A stretch of 64,000 bases of DNA, from contig NIVC01000487.1 of NCBI GenBank assembly GCA_002269645.1, positions 62,001-126,000 on the forward strand, read 5' to 3'. The notes beneath the pieces are model-generated. The model made no database searches and had not been told where the DNA came from. It saw only the letters and a program-made list of their open reading frames with translations. Below, one piece after another: positions 12,770-23,368 of the stretch. The first letter of the stretch is position 1. Each line of letters starts with the position of its first letter. This DNA is from Macrostomum lignano. Taxonomy: Eukaryota. A program made the position numbers and the translations under genes.

Positions 12770-13978
12770 GTAGATACGCTGGCCAGAGACCAATGCTGTG
12801 TAAATAACCAGGCCATAGTAATGCTGTGTAGATATGCTGGCCATATAGACCAATGCTGTGTAGATATGCTGGCCATATAGACCAATGCTGTGTAGATATG
12901 CTGGCCATATGGACCAATGCTGTGTAGATATGCTGGCCATATAGACCAATGCTGTGTAGATATGCTGGCCATATAGACCAATGCTGTGTAGATATGCTGG
13001 CCATATAGACCAATGCTGTGTAGATATGCTGGCCATATAGACCAATGCTATGTAGATATGCTGGCCATATAGACCAATGCTGTGTAGATATGCTGGCCAT
13101 ATAGACCAATGCTGTGTAGATATGCTGGCCATATAGACCAATGCTGTGTAAATAACCAGGCCATAGTAATGCTGTGTAGATACGCTGGCCAGAGACCAAT
13201 GCTGTGTAAATAGCCCGGCCATAGCTCGTAGTAATGCTGTGTAGATATGCTGGCCAGAGACCAATGCTGTGTAAATAGCCCGGCCATAGTAATGCTGTGT
13301 AGATATGCTGGCCAGAGACCAATGCTGAGTAAATAGCCCGGCCATAGTAATGCTGTGTAGATATGCTGGCCAGAGACCAATGCTGAGTAAATAGCCCGGC
13401 CATAGTAATGCTGTGTAGATATGCTGGCCAGAGACCAATGCTGAGTAAATAGCCCGGCCATAGTAATGCTGTGTAGATACGCTGGCCATATAGACTAATG
13501 CTATGTAGATATTCTGGCCATATGGACCAATGCTTTGCAGTTAGCCTGGCCATAGGCTAATGCTATGTAGATATCCTGACCATAGACTAATGCTATGTAG
13601 TTAGCCTGGCCATAGAATAATGCTGTGTAGATATCCTGACCATAGACTAATGCTGTGTAGATATCCTGACCATAGACTAATGCTGTGTAGATATCCTGAC
13701 CACAGACTAATGCTGTGTAGATATCCTGACCATAGACTAATGCTGTGTAGATATCCTGACCACAGACTAATGCTGTGTAGATATGCTGGCCATATAGACT
13801 AATGCTGTGTAGATATCCTGACCATAGACTAATGCTATGTAGATAGCCTGGCCATGGACTAATGCTGTGTGGATAGCCTGGCCATAGACTAATGCTGTGT
13901 GGATAGCCTGGCCATAGACTAATGCTGCGTAGATAGCCTGACCACAGACTAATGCTGTGTAGATAGCCTGGCCATAGA
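12770..13978. repeat. 27-30-bp compound minisatellite upstream of TRPM
   Basis: (ATAGACCAATGCTGTGTAGATATGCTGGCCAT)-type units grading into (CATAGACTAATGCTGTGTAGATATCCTGAC). Confidence 0.95.
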
Positions 13979-14499
13979 AAATACAAAAACAAAATCTACT
14001 TTAACTTTCAAATGCCAACACAGTAATGGCGATGTCATAAAATCAACGGTCTATCATAGAATATAGTTAATAAGCAATCTATTTTGAAAAGAGTTGGCCA
14101 TCAATTTTATCTTCAGAATACCGAATAAGTCAACAATACGCTCATAATTGCGGGCCTGCAATTTTGATGTATTACAAACAGGATTACCTGAACAAAGACA
14201 GCGACAAAAGACAGTATAATTACGGCGACAGAAAAGTGAAATAAAATTTAAAATCCGAGGCAAATTTAAATGAATAGACAATGAGGCGTTTAAAAATCTT
14301 GAATAATGCATTTAGCGACCTATATAACAGATTAGGCATGTAGAACGCGGGAAACCTCTTTGTTAAATAGAAGATAAACACATACACGGACGCAGACACG
14401 GACATTTCACTCATAAATTGTTGATTTGACTTGAAACTAAATACAGTGTAATACAATTATAATATGCTAAGCAGTCACATTCGGTGTAGTAGAGAGCTA

Positions 14500-16730
14500 A
14501 GCAGGGGTCAGAGAAGGGAGAGGGGTGAGTGAAGGAGTCAGAGAATGGAGAGGGTGGATGCAGGGATTAGAGAAGGGAGAGGGTGGATGCAGGGGTCAGA
14601 GAAGGGAGACACTGGCGGCTGCAGGGGTCAGAGAAGGGAGACACTGGCGGCTGCAGGGGTCAGAGAAGGGAGACGGGCGGCTGCAGGGGTCAGAGAAGGG
14701 AGACGGGCGGCTGCAGGGGTCAGAGAAGGGAGACGGGCGGCTGCAGGGGTCAGAGAAGGGAGACACTGGCGGCTGCAGGGGTCAGAGAAGGGAGACGGGC
14801 GGCTGCAGGGGTCAGAGAAGGGAGACGGGCGGCTGCAGGGGTCAGAGAAGGGAGACGGGCGGCTGCAGGGGTCAGAGAAGGGAGACGGGCGGCTGCAGGG
14901 GTCAGAGAAGGGAGACGGGCGGCTGCAGGGGTCAGAGAAGGGAGACGGGCGGCTGCAGGGGTCAGAGAAGGGAGACGGGCGGCTGCAGGGGTCAGAGAAG
15001 GGAGAGGGGTGGATGCAGGGGTCAGAGAAGGGAGACGGGCGGCTGCAGGGGTCAGAGAAGGGAGACGGGCGGCTGCAGGGGTCAGAGAAGGGAGAGGGGC
15101 GGCTGCAGGGGTCAGAGAAGGGAGACACTGGCGGCTGCAGGGGTCAGAGAAGGGAGACACTGGCGGCTGCAGGGGTCAGAGAAGGGAGACGGGCGGCTGC
15201 AGGGGTCAGAGAAGGGAGACGGGCGGCTGCAGGGGTCAGAGAAGGGAGAGGGGCGGCTGCAGGGGTCAGAGAAGGGAGAGGGGCGGCTGCAGGGGTCAGA
15301 GAAGGGAGACACTGGCGGCTGCAGGGGTCAGAGAAGGGAGAGGGGTGGATGCAGGGGTCAGAGAAGGGAGAGGGGTGGATGCAGGGGTCAGAGAAGGGAG
15401 AGGGGTGGCTGCAGGGGTCAGAGAAGGGAGAGGGGTGGCCGCAGGGGTCAGAGAAGGGAGAGGGGTGGATGCAGGGGTCAGAGAAGGGAGACGGGCGGCT
15501 GCAGGGGTCAGAGAAGGGAGACGGGCGGCTGCAGGGGTCAGAGAAGGGAGACGGGCGGCTGCAGGGGTCAGAGAAGGGAGACGGGCGGCTGCAGGGGTCA
15601 GAGAAGGGAGACGAGCGGCTGCAGGGGTCAGAGAAGGGAGACGGGCGGCTGCAGGGGTCAGAGAAGGGAGACACTGGCGGCTGCAGGGGTCAGAGAAGGG
15701 AGACGGGCGGCTGCAGGGGTCAGAGAAGGGAGACGGGCGGCTGCAGGGGTCAGAGAAGGGAGACGGGCGGCTGCAGGGGTCAGAGAAGGGAGACGGGCGG
15801 CTGCAGGGGTCAGAGAAGGGAGACGGGCGGCTGCAGGGGTCAGAGAAGGGAGACGGGCGGCTGCAGGGGTCAGAGAAGGGAGAGGGGTGGATGCAGGGGT
15901 CAGAGAAGGGAGAGGGGCGGCTGCAGGGGTCAGAGAAGGGAGACACTGGCGGCTGCAGGGGTCAGAGAAGGGAGACACTGGCGGCTGCAGGGGTCAGAGA
16001 AGGGAGACGGGCGGCTGCAGGGGTCAGAGAAGGGAGACGGGCGGCTGCAGGGGTCAGAGAAGGGAGAGGGGCGGCTGCAGGGGTCAGAGAAGGGAGAGGG
16101 GCGGCTGCAGGGGTCAGAGAAGGGAGACACTGGCGGCTGCAGGGGTCAGAGAAGGGAGAGGGGTGGATGCAGGGGTCAGAGAAGGGAGAGGGGTGGATGC
16201 AGGGGTCAGAGAAGGGAGAGGGGTGGCTGCAGGGGTCAGAGAAGGGAGACGGGCGGCTGCAGGGGTCAGAGAAGGGAGAGGGGTGGATGCAGGGGTCAGA
16301 GAAGGGAGAGGGGTGGATGCAGGGGTCAGAGAAGGGAGAGGGGTGGCTGCAGGGGTCAGAGAAGGGAGAGGGGTGGCTGCAGGGGTCAGAGAAGGGAGAG
16401 GGGTGGATGCAGGGGTCAGAGAAGGGAGAGGGGTGGATGCAGGGGTCAGAGAAGGGAGAGGGGTGGCTGCAGGGGTCAGAGAAGGGAGAGGGGTGGATGC
16501 AGGGGTCAGAGAAGGGAGAGGGGTGGATGCAGGGGTCAGAGAAGGGAGAGGGGTGGCTGCAGGGGTCAGAGAAGGGAGAGGGGTGGCTGCAGGGGTCAGA
16601 GAAGGGAGAGGGGTGGATGCAGGGGTCAGAGAAGGGAGAGGGGTGGATGCAGGGGTCAGAGAAGGGAGAGGGGTGGCTGCAGGGGTCAGAGAAGGGAGAG
16701 GGGCGGCTGCAGGGGTCAGAGAAGAGAGAA
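14500..16730. repeat. 30/32-bp G/A-rich minisatellite, about 2.2 kb
   Basis: (GAAGGGAGACGGGCGGCTGCAGGGGTCAGA)n with AGGGGTGGAT and ACACT variants. Confidence 0.97.
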
Positions 16731-17839
16731 TAGAGTTACACGGAAATCAAAAAAGCGAATGGCTAAAAGGCGAACCCACACAAGCTAAAAACAAAACACA
16801 GATAGGAAAGGCATGCAGTACAGCATATACTCGCACAATGTATGCACGGATATAACTAGACATATCACGAGAATAACAGGTTTATCTAGCGCATACTACT
16901 CCAATCAATTAGTATTATAAGTAGTAACTGTGGGAGAGAAGCAATTTTGAAAAGAAACTAGTATTAAATTCAAAGTAGACGGCAACAATTCACAAAAGCA
17001 GAAAGCTCAAAGAAAGCAGAGCTTTACGAAATTATCAATAACTGCGTAATTACGAGTATAAGTAAATACGAGTATAGCATAACATGGATTTTTGGCACAA
17101 AAAGTTTATAGAAATTATGACCAATAGAACGGCAGGACAATTAATATGAGCGCTTATTAAGCTTCATTAAACGATAATTAAAGCACGGAGTATTAGGCAT
17201 TATTTAGCAAAACTGCAGCCATTTCTATCCATTTTATTCGATTATATATAGTTTAATTTAACTTAACACTAATGGCTTTGTTTTTAGTAGAGGCATATTA
17301 AATAGACATACTACTAAGTTGTGAGTAGAGGGAGTGTCCGCTTTGAAAGAATTTATTTAGGATTTTTAGTATTTTCCTTGGGATCTTGGATGCAACATCA
17401 CAGGCATAGCAACTAGTAATTACGAGCGTAAGGTCAGCATAGCCTGACAGGTAATAATCAGGGACTACCCGAAACAGTTGGCAGCTCCGTTCACTCTAAG
17501 GAAGTACCATTAGTTCGGGAAACTGCTCCGCTTCAGTGTAAATCACAGATATTAGAATAACCAGATGTCACTCGCAAAAATGCGCTTAACTACTTATTTT
17601 CAGTAGCAACATTAGCACTTCTTGCTTTAATAATAGATATTTAAACAGTTTTTTAAGCTGCAAAAATCACCTCGTCAAATTATTAAGGAAGAAATTAATT
17701 CAAGACTGAAGATTGCAGGAAAACTTGAAAAGCCCAAATCCAGTGCGTGTGCATAGCGAGCAAGAGAAAAGAGAAAAGGGGTGGCGCCACAGCACAAAGT
17801 CAGGCCGATAAACAGTTAGGCTTTGCTCTTGCCCGCTTG

Positions 17840-18215
17840 TGTCTGACTTTGACCTCTCTCCTTACTACTCTCTCATTGGCTGAGCCAAATGGGGCCTGCC
17901 CCCTAGGCTAAGTTTCGTCCGTCTCACCTCTCTCCTTACTGCTTTCTCATTGGCTGAGCTAGATTGGGCATGCCCCCTAGGCTAAGTTTCGTCCGTCTCA
18001 CCTCTCTCCTTACTGCTTTCTCATTGGCTGAGCTAGATTGGGCATGCCCCCTAGGCTAAGTTTCGTCCGTCTCACCTCTCTCCTTACTGCTTTCTCATTG
18101 GCTGAGCTAGATTGGGCATGCCCCCTAGGCTAAGTTTCGTCCGTCCACCTCTCTCCTTACTGCTCTCTCGTTGGCTGAGCTAGATTGGGCCAGCCCCCTA
18201 AGCTGAATTTTGTCC
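17840..18215. repeat. 74-bp tandem repeat, about 5 copies, downstream of ERGIC3
   Basis: GCCCCCTAGGCTAAG recurs at 17972, 18046 and 18120. Confidence 0.92.
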
Positions 18216-18521
18216 GTCTTGCATTCACTTGTGTACATCGAGTTAAATGCTTGTTGTTCATTCTTGCTCCTGAGGCCACAAACGTCAGGAAGGAAAGGAA
18301 ATTTTAGTTGCCACATTAAATTTAGGTGACACTGCGCAGACAAACTACTGAAAAACAGTAGGCACTCTGTTTTTTCTTAAATTTAATTGCGAGTGACAAA
18401 TCTAGTTATTCTAGTATATGTGGTGTACATGGACAAAACTCGTTGCCACATAAGCGTCAAGACTGGATAGTTCCAGTCCAATGCCGCTATTTATAGAAGT
18501 CCATGGAAAGATAGTTGAAAT

Positions 18522-21240
18522 TCAAGTCTGCTTTCCTATGGCCAGTTTCTGTTGAATAACCCTAGAAGAATGATAGCAGAAGGCGTCAATGAGGCTGGCC
18601 ACGGTGAACACGCCGCCGACGATGGCGCACACGGAGGTCAGGAAATGCCCGAACGAGCGTCGGCGCTCGGTGATTCGAACCAGAATTGGCGAGATTTCGT
18701 AATAGAAAAATATGCCAGGTAAATTAACGGAGCTGCGCTCGTGCTTAGTGACGGAGTACTGATTGCTGCTGGTCTCCGTGCCGTTTAGCGAGGTGTACAG
18801 GGTGGGCACCACCTGCGGTGAGGCATATGGCTTGCATTCTAATATTCAATACTAACTAATAAACAGTTTGCGAGAATACAATGAATAATAATAATTGATT
18901 ACATCTGCCCTACCCATTTACCGCAGCTAATATGTAGGCATCCATTTTACAGCTGGGTGAACTGAAGCAATGCAGAGTTAAGTGTCTTTAACAAATTGTT
19001 CCGAGTGGGTGGAGAATCGAACCCCCGACCTTTCATAGTTGTGAGTCCGACGCTCTCTCTAACTCAGGGGTCGGCAAACTTTTACCCCAAGGGCCTGATA
19101 GAAAATGCAGCTCATGGCTGCGAGCCATGGAAAGGAAATGAGAGAGGAAAGTAGAAAGGATAAAAGATGAGGTGAGATGAGAGAAAAAATGGGAGAGTAG
19201 AGAAGGGAGAGAGTGGAGAGAAGAGGAGAGACTGGGAAAGATGAGAGCGAGGAGAGGGGAGAGGAGAGGAGAGGAGAAAAGAGACGGGGAGAGGAGAGAT
19301 TAGAGCCGGGGAGAGAGAAGAGGCGAGAGAAAGAGAGAGAACTGCATGAGAAGAGACACAAACCCTGAGCAGTCCGGATTGCTATTGCGAAGTTTCAAAG
19401 GACCCGAGGGCCGGATTGAGAGGCTTCACGGGCCGCATGTGGCCCGCGGCCGGAGTTTGCCGAGCCCTGTCTAACTGCTAGGCTAACTGCTAGTACATTT
19501 AACATCTCTAATTAACACTTAAGGCCTTCCAAGTATACTGGTTGCTCAGAATATCAGACTTAGCCAGCCCCAAAAAGAACTAACCAACAAACCTTAACAT
19601 AGTAGGACACCAATTTGGTAGCCGAGCCGTCGACAAACACCCGACTGTGGCCGTCCAGCGGGTTCACCCGACCGTCGTAGGTGTCGCCGAAGCTGAGCGA
19701 GTGCACGCTGTGACTAAGATTGAAGGTGACGCCGCGCAGACCAGACAGGTCGTGCACGTGCATGTGCGACTGTTCGTAGCTTTTGCCAGGCGCGAAATGA
19801 AAATTGCCGGCCACTTTGTTCACCTGCGAGTGGAAATTGAGCTGACTCAGTATATTGCAATCAGGTGTGCAGTCTCCATGGGACCATGGTCGCTTTATTT
19901 TTAATATATTAGCTTTTAATCTGTAACAATAACAATAATAACCCCCCTTTTCCCTCCCCCTGGTCAATTTTCCTGGATCGTGGCGCGAGAGTCGGGGCGC
20001 GTTCACACCGCTGAGCTCTGCTCCAAACCCCGCATTCGATCTATTGCATATCAGCGGTTGACAAGCTTTTAACCTCAAGGGCCAGATTGCTATTGTAAAA
20101 TTTTAAAAGACTCAAAGGCCGGATAGAGAGGCTTTGCGAGCCGCATATGGCGGAGTTTGGCGACCCCCGATCGACTATAAAGTCCACATATGATGTATAA
20201 GGTTAGCGTATAAGATAGTAGTACACATAGCCAACCCCCAGAAGTCCACTGCCCCTACATACCAGCAGGTGTCCATGCACCCGACAGCCTTCGTGACCGG
20301 CGTTCCTCAGCTTAACGTCGAGTCCCTCCTCTCTGCACTGAGCATAGTTGGCCAGATCAACCACAGCCCAGCCTTTCAATCTGTAGGCCTCTCTAACATC
20401 GTTGCACGTGTTGCAGCAGCGCCGGTCGGCAGTCTCGGCACCGTAGCAGGAGCCGCAGGTTGGCACGGTTGGAGCTTCATTTTTATTGCCGTCCTTGGAG
20501 ACGTTGATTGGCCCGGCTGTGTTCACCTGCGATGCCGGAAATTACAGGTATGATGAAGACCTAGGATCACACAGGGTGTATTGCGGCCCTGACATTCTCA
20601 TCGGGGCATGTACTACACATTCGGTACCTTCAGGATAGCCATCACCTACCTATGTCTAAGCACTATCACAGTAGCTAAAGGTCCGGAATCGAACCCGGGT
20701 AGCCATCACCTACCTATGTCTAAGTACTATCACAGTAGCTAAAGGTCCGGAATCGAACCCGGGTAGCCATCACCTACCTATGTCTAAGCACTATCACAGT
20801 AGCTAGAGGTCCGGAATCGAACCCGGGTAGCCATCAACTATGTCTAAGTACTCGCTCACCTGAGTCTTGACCTGCTCCCCAATCTCCCGACCCCCGCTGT
20901 CCAGCCGGGTCTTGTACAGGTCGTGCGCAATGTCTATGTGCTGCTCGCCGGACACGTCCATGGAGTCTATAGTGAGAAAGTCGCACGGCATGGAGGGAAA
21001 GCTGATATTAACATTAATCTGTATCTTGTTGCCCCTAGTAACGTCAACAAAGATCTCCTGGTTGAGATCGGTGCTCAAATAGAGCCGAAGTTCGGACACA
21101 AACAGGCCGAACATGAGGCAGGCGCTAACTAAAGAAATCAGAGCGCCACCCAAAGTGCGAACTCGCAGCTCTTCGAGCGGCTTCGAATACACGTCGAGTC
21201 GCTTCAGATTCGACAGACTTTTGGTGACGTTGGCGGCCAT
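18522..21240 (-). CDS. ERGIC3: ER-Golgi intermediate compartment protein 3 (Erv46 family), 4 exons, 388 aa
   Basis: Exons: 20860-21240, 20263-20526, 19593-19823, 18522-18812, all phase 0 with GT-AG introns. Motifs: LKRLDVYSK, PCDFLTIDSMDVSGEQH, CGSCYGAE, CCNTCNDVREAY, NKVAGNFHFAPGKS, NPLDG, YYVKVVPT, LPGIFFYYEISP, FLTSVCAIVGGVFTVA, C-terminal GKQT. Confidence 0.96.
18880..19490 (-). mobile_element. tRNA-derived SINE (copy 2), internally shorter and interrupted by a MITE
   Basis: The reverse complement reads TAGCCTAGCAGTTAGA[MITE]AGTTAGAGAGAGCGTCGGACTC..GGTTCGATTCTCC..CTTCAGTTCACCCAGCTGTAAAATGG..GGCAGATGTAATCAATTATTATT. Confidence 0.75.
19065..19469. mobile_element. hAT (Charlie/Tip100-like) MITE, 405 bp, inserted in a SINE in ERGIC3 intron 3
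   Basis: TIR CAGGGGTCGGCAAACT versus CAGGGCTCGGCAAACT (15/16 match). Flanking duplication TCTAACT (7 bp). GA-rich interior. Confidence 0.8.
20052..20169. mobile_element. Short degenerate copy of the same hAT MITE family in ERGIC3 intron 2
   Basis: Left end CAGCGGTTGACAAGCTTTTAACCTCAAGGGCC and right end GGATTGCTATTG-like...GAGAGGCTT..GAGCCGCAT..GGAGTTTGGCGACCCCCG match the 19065 copy. No TSD found. Confidence 0.6.
20637..20850. repeat. 64-bp tandem repeat, about 3.3 copies, ERGIC3 intron 1
   Basis: AGCCATCA recurs at 20637, 20701, 20765 and 20829. Confidence 0.92.
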
Positions 21241-21409
21241 GCTTAGCTTGGAATTTCCTTGTGTTTAATAAATACAATTACACCGTATAATTTGCACTCC
21301 TGCCTACTGTTCTCGAGTAGCACGGTTAGTAGATATTGGTGCAAAATGTTGTAGAAATTTCAGCAAATCAGAAATAGGAAAAACAGAATTTTCTGAAATT
21401 ATTATCCTG

Positions 21410-21865
21410 GCTGTGAAGTTAAAGGTGTGAATCTCTGGGATTGGCTGTGAAGTTAAAGGTGTGAATCTTTGACATTGGCTGTGAAGTTAAAGGTGTGAAT
21501 CTCTGAGATTGGCTGTGAAGTTAAAGGTGTGAATCTCTGAGATTGGCTGTGAAGTTAAAGGTGTGAATCTCTGAGATTGGCTGTGAAGTTAAAGGTGTGA
21601 ATCTCTGAGATTGGCTGTGAAGTTAAAGGTGTGAATCTCTGAGATTGGCTGTGAAGTTAAAGGTGTGAATTTCTGAGATTGGCTGTGAAGTTAAAGGTGT
21701 GAATTTCTGAGATTGGCTGTGAAATTAAAGGTGTGAATCTCTGAGATTGGCTGAGAAGTTAAAGGTGTGAATCTCTGAGATTGGCTGTGAAGTTAAAGGT
21801 GTGAATCTCTGAGATTGGCTGTGAAGTTAAAGGTGTGAATCTCTGAGATTGGCTGTGAAGTTAAA
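21410..21865. repeat. 34-bp minisatellite, about 13 copies, upstream of the ERGIC3 ATG
   Basis: (GATTGGCTGTGAAGTTAAAGGTGTGAATCTCTGA)n. Confidence 0.95.
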
Positions 21866-22269
21866 ATCAAACGTAAACGGCAAAAAAAATCCGGTGACCC
21901 TACAAAAGTCTGAGCACACCTTATCTATAGCTAGCCTGACCAATTTATACATTATTACACTTGGCCGAGATGAGGCCTCGAGGCAGTTTCTACACAAAAG
22001 CGACGGGGCGGCGGAACTAGTGCTATAAATTAGGAAGGAACAAACGATTTTAATTAATTAATAAAAGAAGCATTCGCAGGCAATCCGATGGCGCCATAGT
22101 ATATTTTAATATCTCTGAGCTGAGGGAAGATAAAAAAATCGCAAAACGACCACCAGATAGCAGATAGACTTCTATCAGATGGCAATAAATTATTAGTTCG
22201 TATATACAACAGCAGTGCAGCCAGAACTTTTTTTGGGGGGGGGGTGGGGTGGGGTGGGCGCATCCGTGG

Positions 22270-22667
22270 GGGCGCCAGCACCAGAGGCGCCAGCACCAGA
22301 GGCGCCAGCACCAGAGGCGCCAGCACCAGAGGCGCCAGCACCAGAGGCGCCAGCACCAGAGGCGCCAGCACCAGAGGCGCCAGCACCAGAGGCGCCAGCA
22401 CCAGAGGCGCCAGCACCAGAGGCGCCAGCACCAGAGGCGCCAGCACCAGAGGCGCCAGCACCAGAGGCGCCAGCACCAGAGGCGCCAGCACCAGAGGCTG
22501 CACCAGAGGCGCCAGCACCAGAGGCACCAGCACCAGAGGCGCCAGTACCAGAGGCGCCAGCACCAGAGGCGCCAGTACCAGAGGCGCCAGCACCAGAGGC
22601 ACCAGCACCAGAGGTGCCAGTACCAGAGGCGCCAGCACCAGAGGCGCCAGCACCCGAGGTGCCAGCA
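22270..22667. repeat. 15-bp GC-rich minisatellite
   Basis: (GGCGCCAGCACCAGA)n. Confidence 0.96.
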
Positions 22668-23368
22668 TTTATCAAAGGACATTATGGCCTATACCTTATG
22701 ACCTACCCACATACATGATCAACTGTGTCAATCTCCGACATGTATCGAAAAAAGCTGTACACTATCGGTATAAAATAGCTGAACCAGAATTTGGGTCAGA
22801 ATTGCGACTCGAACCAACGTCCGCGACGATGCGTGCGTACAGTGGCAATAATTTGTGCAAAAGTATTTTTAAGAATCGAGTAACTACATAGGTACTGGAT
22901 GATTGCATAGAGACGTATATATAAACTTGATAAGGCATGAATTAGGTACAATATAACAATCGCCAAAATCAGCTAGTTATCAATAAAGCACGCAAATCTA
23001 TAGATAGAGAAAGACATATGCTACTAAGGCGAACTGCTTTATAAGCTTAATTTTGAGCTGTCTTATATTAAACAAACACACCGTATTCTTTGAGAGCAGG
23101 TGAGTATTAAAAATCATTAAACTGAGAGAACACATTGAAAACAATAGGAATCATCTATGCACAGATATTGCCGCGACAGCTTGATGAAGAGTTCAGCCAA
23201 GTACTTCGTATATGGAATTTGTAATGGATTTGTATGGACTTCGGCGACATCGTCCCACACCCAGCGGGCGAGGCAGTTCAGCCCATTCCCGCTCTGACTT
23301 CTGAGCGCGCATTCATGCACAGTGGTGTACAGCGCGGCCCTGACTTTCAGGCACGTACACTCTCAAAG

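Noticed and set aside
12734-13992. Repetitive ORFs (QHWSIWPAYLHS...)
   Set aside because: Translations of the minisatellite.
14525-16855. Three overlapping ORFs of more than 700 aa
   Set aside because: All three plus-strand frames are open because the 30/32-bp repeat has no stop codons. There are no splice signals or domain content.
22050-22891. EAPAP / GASGA / WCWRL repeat ORFs resembling mucin, silk or procyclin
   Set aside because: A 15-bp repeat open in all six frames, in intergenic position.
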